A stretch of DNA of 64,000 bases from Deltaproteobacteria bacterium RBG_13_43_22. Its GTDB lineage: Bacteria > Desulfobacterota > RBG-13-43-22. The translations under genes were made by a program, and so were the position numbers. Positions within the stretch are counted from its first letter, which is position 1. Every line of letters starts with the position of its first letter. The stretch lies in assembly GCA_001797675.1 (NCBI GenBank), contig MGQB01000001.1, forward strand, positions 50,347 to 114,346. Direction: 5' to 3'. Positions 9,615 through 20,090 of the stretch are shown here, piece by piece. The notes under the pieces are model-generated. The model saw nothing but the letters and a program-made list of their open reading frames with translations. It made no database searches and was not told the DNA's origin.

Positions 9615-10688
9615 ATGAAAAAACAGCTAAAGACTTTGATCGGAATAGGAACTGCTTTTTTATTCATTTTTTCAATTATGATGGTTCTTTCTGCTGCGTC
9701 AAGGGCTGAACTGCCCAAGGTTATGACCATCACATGCTACCCCATCGGGTCGAGTGGAACCATTCTGGCGACAGCGTTCAGCGACACTATCGAAAAGAAA
9801 ACCGGCATCCGTTGTCGCCCCACCCCGGCTGATGCAGACATGGCAAGACTTCTGCCCGTAAGGAATGGCGAAGCCCAGGCAACGATTGTCACCGCCTCGA
9901 CCACTTACCAAGCCAGTAATGGCCTGGAGGATTTTTCCGGTAAAATGTGGGGTCCCCAGCGGCTCCGATATGTGTTTGGCGGAAATGTCATCCAACACGG
10001 GATAGGGGTAAAAGCCAACTCCGGGATCAAGACCTGGGCCGACCTTAAGGGAAAACGGGTGGCCGTCGGCGCCGGCGTTGGAAAATTGTCCACGCCCGGT
10101 TTTCTCGCCTACGGCGGTTTGAGCATGAAAGATGTGGTAGCGGTGCCGGCCGGCGGGTATATGCACGGCATCAAGACCGTTATGGCCGGAGGCGCGGACG
10201 CCTGTCATCTGTGTCCTTCGAGCCCCATATCCAAAGAGTGGGAATCCAATCCTTACGGGCTGCGATACATGCCCATGAGCAAAGACGACAAAGCGGCGTG
10301 GGACCGGATGAGAAAATTCGCCTCGTTCATGGCTTCGCCCATCTGGACGACCACCGGCGGCCTGGGAGAAGGCGGCCCCAAGTGGCTGGCGTATTACCCC
10401 TACACCATGTCCGCATACGACACGACGCCGGAAGATCAGATATACACCATCGTAAAGGTTATGGTGGAAGGCCGGGATTTGTACAAGAATGTCAAAAAGC
10501 CCGAATCCGAGCAATGGACTATAGAGGCCTCCCTGGATCTGGAAAAGCCGGTTTATATTCCGTTTCATCCCGGTTTTATCAAATATGCCAAGGAAAAGGG
10601 GTTGTGGAAGGCCGAGCATGAGGCCTTTCAGGTCCAGATGCTGAAAGAGGAAGAAGAACGAATCAAAGCATGGAAAGCCACAAAGTAA
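9615..10688 (+). CDS. TAXI-family TRAP transporter solute-binding protein
   Basis: Signal peptide, IKTWADLKGKRV, IPFHPG; RBS GGAGG; upstream of a fused TRAP permease. Confidence 0.85.
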   Translation: MKKQLKTLIGIGTAFLFIFSIMMVLSAASRAELPKVMTITCYPIGSSGTILATAFSDTIEKKTGIRCRPTPADADMARLLPVRNGEAQATIVTASTTYQASNGLEDFSGKMWGPQRLRYVFGGNVIQHGIGVKANSGIKTWADLKGKRVAVGAGVGKLSTPGFLAYGGLSMKDVVAVPAGGYMHGIKTVMAGGADACHLCPSSPISKEWESNPYGLRYMPMSKDDKAAWDRMRKFASFMASPIWTTTGGLGEGGPKWLAYYPYTMSAYDTTPEDQIYTIVKVMVEGRDLYKNVKKPESEQWTIEASLDLEKPVYIPFHPGFIKYAKEKGLWKAEHEAFQVQMLKEEEERIKAWKATK

Positions 10689-10703
10689 GGGCAGAGGTCA
10701 GCA

Positions 10704-12653
10704 ATGGAAAATTCCAATAACAGGCCTGCGCTCGAAAACCCGGAGATCAGCCGGTACCGGGAAATGTCTCCATTTGCCCGTTGGATCGGCATCTTGTTCG
10801 TCTTTGCCGGAGTTTTGGTGACCATTATCTACCTGTTTTCCATCGGCGTTACCCTCTGGGGAGAATTTGTGATCCAGACCGCATATCTTCACCTGATTCT
10901 GGCCCTATTTCTACCGCCGGTCTTTTTGTATTTTCCGGCGAATGCCAGGGCAAAGCAGAAGGTGCCATGGTATGACTATGCGCTGGCCGCTGTATGTTTT
11001 ATAGCGCCGTTTTATTATTTTCTCCATGGTATGGACATCATGTACGAAAGCTGGGAGGTTTCCCCGCCGACCTTGGCATACTATTTTGGGATCATTTTTT
11101 GGGCGCTGGTGCTTGAATCGGTCCGAAGAAGTGTCGGATGGGTCCTATTTGTCCTGGTTTTGGCGTTTTCCCTCTACCCTCTATTCGCCGAGAACATGCC
11201 GAGTCTTTTCTTTGCCAAAAGCTTCGGTTTCTATCGCACCGTCGGTTATCACGCCATGGGACCGGAAGGGATGATCGGGCTCCCCACCCGGGTTCTGGGA
11301 ACGCTGTTTGCCGGATTCTTGTTTTTCGGCGTGGCGCTCACCGCAACGGGCGCGGCCAAATTTTTCCTCGACACATCCCTTGCACTTTTAGGAACGGTAA
11401 GGGGCGGAACCGCGAAGGTCGCCGTTATCAGCAGTGCCATGGTCGGTTCCATCAGCGGCAGCGTGATCACCAATGTCATCACAACCGGATCTTTCACCAT
11501 TCCGGCCATGAAACGCGCGGGTTACCCCAATCATTACGCAGGGGCCATCGAAACCTGCGCATCCACCGGCGGGGTGCTGATGCCGCCCATCATGGGGGCC
11601 GCCGCCTTTGTCATGGCCTCGATTTTGGAGATACCGTATTCCCATGTGGTGTTGGCGGCCATCATCCCTTCCCTGCTCTACTATTTCGGTCTGTTTGTGC
11701 AGGTGGACGGTTACGCCGCCAAAACCGGCCTAAAAGGATTGCCCCGGGATGAGCTCCCGTCTTTCTGGCAGGCGCTTAATAAAGGATGGTTTTATATGTT
11801 TGCGTTTGTCATTTTAATATATTTTCTCTTTTTTAAGCGGCTTGAGGCCCAGGCGCCGTTTATAGCCTCGGTGGCCCTTTTGATGCTTTCACAGATTCGA
11901 AAGGAGACCCGATTCAATTGGCGCACGTTTGTCGATTTTCTGGAAAAGACATCCCGCGTGATATCCGAGATCGCCGGTATTTTGGCCGCCATTGGTCTGC
12001 TGATCGGATCGCTGCTCTTGACCGGAATGGCTCAGACCCTGTCGTCGAGCCTCATCGAGCTGGCGCGGGGGAATCTGTATCTGCTCGTGGCCTTCGGCGC
12101 CATCGCCAGCTTCATTCTCGGTATGGGGCTGACCATAACCGCCTGTTATCTGCTGCTCGCGGTCCTTCTGGCCCCGGCCCTTGAGCAGTTGGGGCTGTAT
12201 ATTGTGGGCGTTCATCTGTTTTTGATGTACTGCGGAATGCTGTCGTTTATCACCCCGCCGGTGGCCATCGCCGCTTATGCGGCGGCGTCGCTTGCGGGAG
12301 CGTCTCCGATGAAGACCGGATTCCAGGCGTGTCGAATGGGCATCATCTTGTTTGTCTTGCCGTTCTTTTTTGTTTTCAACCCCGCCTTTGTGCTCCATGG
12401 CTCCACTACCGAGATAATTAACGTCGTGGGCACCGGATTTCTCGGCGTTGCCCTATTATCCTCGGGCGTAGAAGGGTACCTTGTGATCGTCGGCCTGTTG
12501 CACGGCATCAGAAGACTGTTGTGCATTGCGGCAGGGGTGCTTCTGTTGATGCCGGGCATGACGACCAACATTGTAGGAGTTATTCTGGCTTTGATCGTCA
12601 TTATGGGAAAGTTTTTTACCAAAACACCGGAATCAATCGAAGTGGAGACATAA
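10704..12653 (+). CDS. TRAP transporter 4TM/12TM fused permease
   Basis: GGTAKVAV, TGSFTIPAMK, ASTGGVLMPPIMGAAAF, ITPPVA. Confidence 0.92.
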   Translation: MENSNNRPALENPEISRYREMSPFARWIGILFVFAGVLVTIIYLFSIGVTLWGEFVIQTAYLHLILALFLPPVFLYFPANARAKQKVPWYDYALAAVCFIAPFYYFLHGMDIMYESWEVSPPTLAYYFGIIFWALVLESVRRSVGWVLFVLVLAFSLYPLFAENMPSLFFAKSFGFYRTVGYHAMGPEGMIGLPTRVLGTLFAGFLFFGVALTATGAAKFFLDTSLALLGTVRGGTAKVAVISSAMVGSISGSVITNVITTGSFTIPAMKRAGYPNHYAGAIETCASTGGVLMPPIMGAAAFVMASILEIPYSHVVLAAIIPSLLYYFGLFVQVDGYAAKTGLKGLPRDELPSFWQALNKGWFYMFAFVILIYFLFFKRLEAQAPFIASVALLMLSQIRKETRFNWRTFVDFLEKTSRVISEIAGILAAIGLLIGSLLLTGMAQTLSSSLIELARGNLYLLVAFGAIASFILGMGLTITACYLLLAVLLAPALEQLGLYIVGVHLFLMYCGMLSFITPPVAIAAYAAASLAGASPMKTGFQACRMGIILFVLPFFFVFNPAFVLHGSTTEIINVVGTGFLGVALLSSGVEGYLVIVGLLHGIRRLLCIAAGVLLLMPGMTTNIVGVILALIVIMGKFFTKTPESIEVET

Positions 12654-12674
12654 CCCTGGTCGACTAAACAGTTT

Positions 12675-12711
12675 ACGGGAAGGACATGTTACGGGTCCTT
12701 CCCGTTTTTTC
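12675..12711 (+). terminator. Intrinsic terminator
   Basis: ACGGGAAGGAC/GTCCTTCCCGT 11-bp stem followed by a T-run. Confidence 0.85.
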
Positions 12712-13585
12712 TTTTCCTCTCTTTTTCCAATCTTTTTTGACATTGCGACCGCTATCCGTCAGGTACAACAACCTGAGATTCCGGGGACACATGAAATGGA
12801 CAAGGGGAAAAAGGGGTCAAATTGAGTGAAGGGGTTACCCAATAAAAGGCCACTGTCAAGAGGAAAAGGTTGCCCGTTGCAAGAAAGTGCAATTTTTTTT
12901 TTGCAGAACATGGTCGTGTTTGAACGGCCTCGAGGTTTGCAACGTCTTTACCCCTGCGGTGTATTTCAGATAGGGCAGATTGCTGGCGTCGTCCTGTTGC
13001 CGCATTTGAACATTTTGCTGCATCCGTCTCTATAACTAAATTTTAGAGCGTCCCTACTATTTCATTTTACATTTCATTGAGCACTAAGAAAGGCACTAAG
13101 AAAGGCAGGGTTCTGAAACGGATCCTGCTTTTCTTACTTTTCCACCGGAAATCATCAAATAGGATTTTCAGCTTTCTTCCCCTTGCCTTCCTTCTTGTTT
13201 TTCCTCTTGACCGTGCCTTTTCCGTTCCTAATACTCTTTCCAGCCAAAAGGAAATTCTTATCAAATAGATTATTCAGATTCCCAGCTTCCTTTCTATGAG
13301 GAAGCCGTTGATCAGGATTTCGGGGATTCCGCAGATCCCTCGGCTGTTTGAGATAATATCAGACCCGAAATGGAAAAGTCTTTTTAAATTTCAGGGGATG
13401 GGCTTTCCTTGTCGTCTTTTTCGACCATTTAAAGGTTAATCTTTCGCCTCTTCCCCCCATTGCCGTTTGAAGGTGCTCTATTTCCCCTTGTTTTCCGTCC
13501 TTTTTTCTCCTTGACCCTGTCTTTTGCTCATTTTATACTCTACCCACCCAAAAGCAACTTCTTATCAAAAAGGAGTGCCTTGGTC

Positions 13586-14725
13586 ATGAAGAACCATCAT
13601 AAAGGTATTGATCGACGAGATTTTCTGAAATTGGCGGCCCTGGGCACGGTCTCCTCAACCGTGCTGACTTCCTGCGACAGGCTTTTGAACTACATGATCG
13701 AAAAGCTCATTGGCGTTGATCCTGAGCCTTCGCCGGGGTCCGTTCCCATGGAATCGATCAAAAGCCCCTTGAGGAGCGTTGCGGCCGTTGTCACCGACAC
13801 TCGGGCAGTGCATGGTGAAGGCAACATTAATGGGGATGTGGTCCGGGGAATGCTTGATGCAGGGATGAAGACCTTTGTGGGTAAATCAAACATCGAGGAA
13901 TGTTGGCTGACCGTGTTTCCCGACCTCAAATCTTCCGACGTGATCGGGATCAAGATCAATGCAAGCGATAAGGCGTTTTTCACCCACAAAGAATTAGTCG
14001 ATGCCATTGTCAATAGCCTGGTGAGAATCGGTGTCGCAGAGAACAATATCATTGTCTGGGATAGAAGCGACAAAATGTGGAGAGAAGGGTTGATTAGTTG
14101 CGGCTTTGGGATCAACAGGAGCAAGAAAGGGGTCAGATACCTATCAACCAACCTTGAAGGCATTGGTTATGACACCAAGGCGGTTGTGCCGATGCCGTCC
14201 GTCCATATAGAATTTCCCTTGACCAGCATCATTTCACAGAGGTGCGATTACTTGATAAACGTACCCATTCTCAAGGCGGGCTCCGGTCATTGCGGGCTGA
14301 CCGGATGTATGAAAAATTATTATGGCGCCATTCCTCTTTTTGATCAGTCCTTCACAAAAGGGACTAAAGGGATTAAGGAGGTGCATGTCAACAACTGTAA
14401 TCCCCAAATACCCGAGCTGTACAGTCATCCCCTCATCCGAGGCAAAACTAAATTGTGTATTTATGACGCCCTGTTGGCTAAATTCGAAGGAGGGCCGTTC
14501 GGGCCTCCTCAATTCATCCATAATCAGTTGATTATGGGGACCGATCCCGTGGCCGTGGACTATCTGGGACTCATGGTGGTTGAAAGGGAGCGGTCCAAGA
14601 GAGGGCTTTCTTCCCTTTTTCCCTACACCAAGTATATCCAGAGCGCAGCGGAAATGGGACTAGGGACCAATAACCCGGATCAGATCGACCTTAGAGAGGT
14701 CTCCTTAGGGCTTGCGCAAAAGTAA
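13586..14725 (+). CDS. DUF362-family protein with twin-arginine signal (possible Tat lipoprotein)
   Basis: DRRDFLK, LTSC lipobox-like, IGIKIN, INVPILK, CMKN, TDPVAVD; RBS AGGAG before ATG 13586. Confidence 0.75.
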   Translation: MKNHHKGIDRRDFLKLAALGTVSSTVLTSCDRLLNYMIEKLIGVDPEPSPGSVPMESIKSPLRSVAAVVTDTRAVHGEGNINGDVVRGMLDAGMKTFVGKSNIEECWLTVFPDLKSSDVIGIKINASDKAFFTHKELVDAIVNSLVRIGVAENNIIVWDRSDKMWREGLISCGFGINRSKKGVRYLSTNLEGIGYDTKAVVPMPSVHIEFPLTSIISQRCDYLINVPILKAGSGHCGLTGCMKNYYGAIPLFDQSFTKGTKGIKEVHVNNCNPQIPELYSHPLIRGKTKLCIYDALLAKFEGGPFGPPQFIHNQLIMGTDPVAVDYLGLMVVERERSKRGLSSLFPYTKYIQSAAEMGLGTNNPDQIDLREVSLGLAQK

Positions 14726-14768
14726 CTTCACAGAATTGGCGACCGGATTTTTGTAGAGGGAGTGTCTC

Positions 14769-15311
14769 ATGAAGAAAATGCTTTCGTCGGCCCTGACGTT
14801 TCTCCTGCTATGTGGATTGATTGCCCTGTTTGAAACCGATTCACAAGGTAGCGGCTCTGAAAAACCCATCCTGGTATCCGCGTTGCCCAAGGATAATGAG
14901 ATTGCCGGCTGGAAGCGAGAAGGGCAGCCCTTCCTGGCCAGAGGATTCGCAGATCTCGCCAAGCAGATCAACGGCGGAGCACCTTTCTATATTGAACGTG
15001 GGGTTGTGGAATCCGTATTTCAGGACTATATCAACAAAAAGAATACTATCCGGATAAATATCGTGCTCCATCAAACCGCCATCGCTGCGGAGGCCAGGCG
15101 CCTGTATCACGATAGCTATGCCGAGTCCCCATTGCCTCTGCACATCCTGGGAAATGAAGGAAGGGGGTTGCCCAAATTGATTGGAGCCTATTCGCTCCAG
15201 TTCTGTAAAGGCCCTGTGTATGCAGACCTTACCATCTCTGACAAGTCCCTGGAATCCCAAGCCGCCCTGTTGTCCTTTGCTAAGAGGATTGCCCGCAAAT
15301 TAACGAACTGA
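14769..15311 (+). CDS. Exported hypothetical protein (DUF6599-like)
   Basis: Signal peptide; GW..., L..QINGGAPFY motif; co-oriented with DUF362 gene. Confidence 0.5.
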   Translation: MKKMLSSALTFLLLCGLIALFETDSQGSGSEKPILVSALPKDNEIAGWKREGQPFLARGFADLAKQINGGAPFYIERGVVESVFQDYINKKNTIRINIVLHQTAIAAEARRLYHDSYAESPLPLHILGNEGRGLPKLIGAYSLQFCKGPVYADLTISDKSLESQAALLSFAKRIARKLTN

Positions 15312-15583
15312 AATCACATCGATGCCTGGAATAAGAGTGGGGCAATCCTTTCCATCCGTACTGACTTCGGGAAAGGGGACGCTCTTAAATAATTTAATTG
15401 AGAATATATCTGTTGTGTGGACTGCAAGCGAATTGGGCCTGTTTCATACATCTCTGTCTAAGAAATTATATATGAGTTTAGCCGGCGTTGGGTTTTCATT
15501 TTTTCTCCTTGATCCCTGATTAAGCATATTTTATACTCTTGCCAATTAAAAGAATCCCTTTATTTAAAATTAAGGAGGAGGTT

Positions 15584-16123
15584 ATGAAAATGGGAATAGG
15601 ACTTTTCGTCGGAATTTTGATTATTCTCTTAGGTTTGGGAATCATTGTGAATGTAATTTTCCATACCCACATTCCGACATTTAAGGTTCTTTTCGGGTTA
15701 ATTCTCATTTATCTTGGTTTGAAAATCATCTTTGGCAGCTGGATTTCTTTCCCCACCTTTCAGGGCAATTCCGGAAATGTCATATTTCAAGAAAGGACTT
15801 ACCGGGGCCTTCCCAGAGATTCAAAAGAGTATAATGCCGTATTCGGGAAGGCAGTGGTTGATTTGCGAGGTATTGAACTCAAAGAAAAAGTTACCCGAAT
15901 AAAGATCAGTGCCGTCTTTGGCGGAGCAGAAGTCATTTTAAGTGAAACGATCCCGGTGCGTATTAAAGCCGATGCTGTTTTTGGCGGGATACAATTGCCG
16001 GAGAATATTTCCGGTGCCTTTGGTACCTCCACCTATCAAAGCAAAAATTTCGATGAAAACCAGAATTATTTGGTTATTGAAGGGACCAGCGTGTTTGGCG
16101 GGATTGTAATCCGATATCAATAG
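15584..16123 (+). CDS. LiaF/DUF2154-like membrane protein
   Basis: Two N-terminal TM helices, repeated xVFGG motifs; RBS GGAGG. Confidence 0.7.
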   Translation: MKMGIGLFVGILIILLGLGIIVNVIFHTHIPTFKVLFGLILIYLGLKIIFGSWISFPTFQGNSGNVIFQERTYRGLPRDSKEYNAVFGKAVVDLRGIELKEKVTRIKISAVFGGAEVILSETIPVRIKADAVFGGIQLPENISGAFGTSTYQSKNFDENQNYLVIEGTSVFGGIVIRYQ

Positions 16124-16331
16124 AACCAGGCTAATTGGAACAGGGTCAACGGTTTTTTATTTGGAAGTTCTACCCAAACCTATTTGAAATTTTGAAATGG
16201 TCATTGAGGGGATTATTTTGGAGAGAACTCCCCCTTATTCTTGTCCCCCTAATCACAAAAGTTATTTATCCTTAAACAAATAAGGTATAGTTATTCTCAT
16301 TAAGGCAATAAATCGAAAAGGAGTTAGTCGG

Positions 16332-17572
16332 ATGGCCCGCTTAGATCGTATGTCCCCACCGGAAAGAAAATATATCGAAGAGCTTAAGTGCCCCACCTTT
16401 GATACCAATCCCTGGGTTGATGGCCCACCATTGGAAAAAAGACGTGTGGCTATCATTTCCACAGCAGGATTGCATCGCCGGGAAGACAGACCCTTCACTT
16501 TCGACCCGGGAGATTATTATCGAATCCTGCCCGGTGACATTAAAGCGGAAGATCTCGTGATGAGTCATGTATCTACAAATTTCGACCATTCCGGATTTCA
16601 GCAGGACAGGAATGTGGTTTTCCCCATCGATCGTCTCAATGAGTTAGCCAAGGAGGGAACCATCGGCAGTGTGGCCGATTTTCATTATTCCTTCATGGGA
16701 GCTGTCGATCCTATGCAAATGGAACAGGAAGCCAGAAACCTGGCTTCAATCCTTAAAATAGACAAGGTCGATGGCCTTGTGCTCGTTCCGGTTTGACCAT
16801 TGTGCACGCGCGCCGTGGGCGGGCTGGCACATTTTTTTGAAGAAGAAGGCATACCCACAACCCAGATCAGCCTGATTCGTCCTCATACCGAGGTTATCAA
16901 GCCACCCAGAGCCTTATGGGTTCCCTTTGAACTCGGGCGCCCCTTCGGTGTACCCAATGATCATTTCAAAACCGTGTTCTTCCGGCCGCTCTCAAATTGC
17001 TCGAGGCTAAAAGCGGTCCCATGCTTGAGGATTTTTCCGAAGAGGCCCCTGGGTCAAAAGGTGGGGATGTCTCAATTGCCTGTCCTGTGGATTTTCGTCA
17101 GCCGGAGGGGGAACTCACGGAAATCGAGAAATTGTGTTTGGCCTTCAAGAAAGAATTCGTATCTTTGCGGCCGTGGTACGACCTTGCGGTCCAAAAACGC
17201 GGCCATAGCACCGTCGGCGTGAGTAAGCTTAAAGTGGATGACCTGGTGGATTTTATCTGTTCTTTCCTGAGGGGTGAGACCCTTGAAAATCCGCGTAATG
17301 ATATCGCCCTCCCCTATACGATTAATTTGGCCACGGATGACTTGAAAGCTTTTTATTTTGAAGCCATCACATCACAGCCCGGACAGGAGTCCCCTTCCAG
17401 CGAGACACTTTCCAATTGGTTCTACGACGAGACCGTGGCCGGAAAGGTTTTATTCAACCTGAGAGACCTGTTTAAAAACCGGGAGGGGCTCATGAAAATT
17501 CTCGGCAATATCCTTATCGTTCCGGCAGCCCAGATCAACAGAAGGAAAGAACAGGCCTCTCGAAAGGAATGA
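16332..17572 (+). CDS. GrdB/PrdB-like selenoprotein B family protein (UGA=Sec at 16794-16796; frameshift near 16961)
   Basis: RRVAIISTAG...DRNVVFPIDRL...YSFMGA...LVPV-U-PLCTRAVGGLA..EEEGIPT...PPRAL continuous through TGA; C-terminus continues in the -1 frame. Confidence 0.75.
16794..16832 (+). promoter_or_regulatory. Putative bacterial SECIS hairpin
   Basis: After TGA: TGTGC...CGCC-GTG-GGCG...GCACA stem-loop. Confidence 0.5.
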
Positions 17573-17629
17573 AGGACGGCTTTTTCCTTTCAACCCGGGA
17601 AAAAGTTAAACCAGAAAAGGAGTAAAAAA

Positions 17630-18751
17630 ATGAAATACCGAAAATTCGGAAATACCGGCGCCAATGTTTCCATCCTGGGATTTGGGGCCATGCGGCTGCC
17701 CATGAAGGGTGAAGGGGAAAACCAGCAGGTCGATCTGGACCAAAGCGTTCCCATGATTCAGAAAGGACTGGATTCCGGCATCAATTATATCGACACGGCC
17801 TGGGCTTATCTGCATGAAACCAGCGAGCGGGCTGTTGGAGAAGCCATTGCCGGAAGGGACCGGAGCAAGCTCTATGTCTCCACCAAAAACCCCATGAATA
17901 CAGAGCCTGCGGAATATCGAAAAAGACTGGATGTTCAGCTCAAAAAACTCAAGACCGACTATGTTGACTTCTATCACATCCACGGGCTGAACTTTAACGT
18001 TTATCAGTATAAGGCCGAGCCCAAAGGCTATATGAACGATTTGAGAAAGGCCAAAGAAGAAGGGCTGATCCGCCACATCAGCTTTTCATCCCACGACACC
18101 CCTGCCAATATCATGAAAATCATCGGTACGGGCGCATTTGAATCCATGCTGGTTCAGTATAATCTTCTGCACCGGTACAACGAAGCCGCCATCGCCAGGG
18201 CTGTGGGAAAAGGAATGGGGGTTACCATCATGGGGCCGGTGGGCGGAGGCAGAATCACCTTCTTAAGTCAACTCAAACCCCGGGAAGGGAGAAGCCTGGC
18301 CGACCTTTGCTTAAGATTTGTTTTTGCCAATCCCAATGTGGGGGTGGCTCTGTCCGGTATGAACACCATGGAAATGGTCGAGGAAAACGTAAGGATTGCC
18401 GATCATGACGGGCCTTTATCTCAGATCGAAATGGAAGATATTAACGCCATGCTGGGCCAGATCAAAGGTCTTGAAGATCTATACTGCACCGGTTGCGGCT
18501 ACTGCATGCCCTGTTCCAGTAAGGTGGATATTCCCACCAATCTGCTGCTGCTGAACTACATCCGGATTTACGGGTCGCAGCAAAATTTCAAGGATGGTTT
18601 TATCCAGCTTTACCACAAACGCCTGGTTCCCAATGAAGAGGCGGCGGAATTCTGCACGGAATGCGGTGAATGTCTGGACAAATGCCCCCAACAGATTGAA
18701 ATTCCGGAACGCATGAAGGATGTGGCCGCTGAACTGGCCAAGTTGAAATAA
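17630..18751 (+). CDS. Aldo/keto reductase with C-terminal 4Fe-4S dicluster
   Basis: LGFGAMRLP, GINYIDTAWAY, CTGCGYCMPC, CTECGECLDKCPQ. Confidence 0.9.
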   Translation: MKYRKFGNTGANVSILGFGAMRLPMKGEGENQQVDLDQSVPMIQKGLDSGINYIDTAWAYLHETSERAVGEAIAGRDRSKLYVSTKNPMNTEPAEYRKRLDVQLKKLKTDYVDFYHIHGLNFNVYQYKAEPKGYMNDLRKAKEEGLIRHISFSSHDTPANIMKIIGTGAFESMLVQYNLLHRYNEAAIARAVGKGMGVTIMGPVGGGRITFLSQLKPREGRSLADLCLRFVFANPNVGVALSGMNTMEMVEENVRIADHDGPLSQIEMEDINAMLGQIKGLEDLYCTGCGYCMPCSSKVDIPTNLLLLNYIRIYGSQQNFKDGFIQLYHKRLVPNEEAAEFCTECGECLDKCPQQIEIPERMKDVAAELAKLK

Positions 18752-18775
18752 TTCGTTTCGCCTGATCCTGAATTT

Positions 18776-18814
18776 GAAAGGCCTTTGAAATCGATCAAAA
18801 TTCAAAGGCCTTTC
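18776..18814. terminator. Inverted repeat between convergent genes, probable terminator
   Basis: GAAAGGCCTTTGAA / TTCAAAGGCCTTTC 14-bp perfect stem. Confidence 0.7.
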
Positions 18815-18891
18815 TATTCTCGAATAAGGGAGGCAGATTCCAGTTCAAAGTGCACCACTGAGAGCTTGACAGAAGACCTCATGAGGGTTAC

Positions 18892-19782
18892 TTACCAGCT
18901 CTCCATCTCCAACCGGGACAGGATCCAACGCAGCTGCTTCTCGCTCAGCTCTCCCACATGCTCTTTAATCCAAAGCAGGTCTCCGGAGACAATAGCCGCT
19001 TTGGCCTCGCTGGAGATCCGGTAATCTCCCAGGGCAAAGGACCCCTGCTGCATCAAATCGCCCCAGAAAGCCCGGTCTTCCGCTATCCGCTCCAGGGCCT
19101 GGGCCACCTCCCGCTTCTCAATCACCGTGGCTTCCGTCTCCATCAGAGACAATATCGAGCGGAATTGCTTTTCGCTCAGATGATCGAGGTTTTCATTAAT
19201 CCACTGAAAGTCCCCGCCGACCATGGCATTCTTGGCCTCCATGGGAATCGGACCGTTTCCCAGGGTCTCGAAACCCCTCAACACATCCTGCCTGAAGGCT
19301 TTATCCATTGCCGCCCGATTCGGGAGGGTGGGCATTTCCCTTTTCGCCGGGGTCTCTTTGAGCATTGGACCGTATCTTTCTTTCAAGGCACCCTGGACTG
19401 AATCCACGAATTCGTTCTTGGTAAAGGGTTTGGAAAGATAGTCCGAGACCCCAAGTTTCATGGCCCCGACAGCCGAAGGGACACTGCCGTACCCGGTGAT
19501 GATGATCACCGGGAGTTCCGGATTTTCTCCTTTAGCCTTCTTGACCACTTCCATGCCGTCTATATCCGGGAGCCGCAGATCGGCTACCAGCAGGTCATAG
19601 GGTTTCTGGCCGAAATAATCCAAGGCCCCCTGACCCGTGGTGGCGTAGTCGACGGTATACCCCTCTTTCCTCAGGATCTTCTCCAGTCCCCTACCGAGGG
19701 TCATTTCATCATCCACCAGTAAAATATTGGGCGGAGGAACCGCTCCTTTATTTTCCATATAAACATCCATATTTCCTCTCAT
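18892..19782 (-). CDS. Response regulator with duplicated non-HTH C-terminal helical domain
   Basis: Receiver (LLVDDE, ADLRLP, ITGY, SKPF) plus two ~75 aa internal repeats. Confidence 0.8.
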   Translation of the reverse strand: MRGNMDVYMENKGAVPPPNILLVDDEMTLGRGLEKILRKEGYTVDYATTGQGALDYFGQKPYDLLVADLRLPDIDGMEVVKKAKGENPELPVIIITGYGSVPSAVGAMKLGVSDYLSKPFTKNEFVDSVQGALKERYGPMLKETPAKREMPTLPNRAAMDKAFRQDVLRGFETLGNGPIPMEAKNAMVGGDFQWINENLDHLSEKQFRSILSLMETEATVIEKREVAQALERIAEDRAFWGDLMQQGSFALGDYRISSEAKAAIVSGDLLWIKEHVGELSEKQLRWILSRLEMESW

Positions 19783-19860
19783 GGTTTTTCTCCTTTCTTA
19801 TATAAATCAATAAAATAATTTTTAACAAGGTTAGTTTATTAACGCTTCATAATTAATATA

Positions 19861-19876
19861 AGCAAAAGACATTCCA
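19861..19876 (-). promoter_or_regulatory. sigma54 promoter of the orphan response regulator
   Basis: TGGAAT-GTCTT-TTGCT on minus strand; boxes TGTAAGAACGGCCGTACA (19981-19998) and AGTAAGGCTGCCCTTACA (20051-20068) upstream. Confidence 0.65.
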
Positions 19877-20090
19877 AAAAACGCATATCATCGAAGAAAA
19901 GTCTCGTTTACATAACAAGCTATAATTATTTGAAATTTTTTTAAGTCAGGAAGAAGGCCATGATTGGACTGGAAGGGAAATGTAAGAACGGCCGTACAGT
20001 ATAAAAGGAGGGGACAGAAATTTTATGATAAATATCTTATAGTTCGATTGAGTAAGGCTGCCCTTACAGGATTGTTCCGGTCCTGTATAA

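Noticed and set aside
9699-10619. 306-aa antisense ORF, and similar shadow ORFs (11138, 37211, 37985, 45513, 46317)
   Set aside because: They overlap well-supported genes and have no recognisable motifs
12720-13450. Long intergenic region with short ORFs and a 12-bp tandem duplication (GCACTAAGAAAG x2 at 13081)
   Set aside because: No recognisable protein, RNA or mobile-element signature; the duplication looks like slippage
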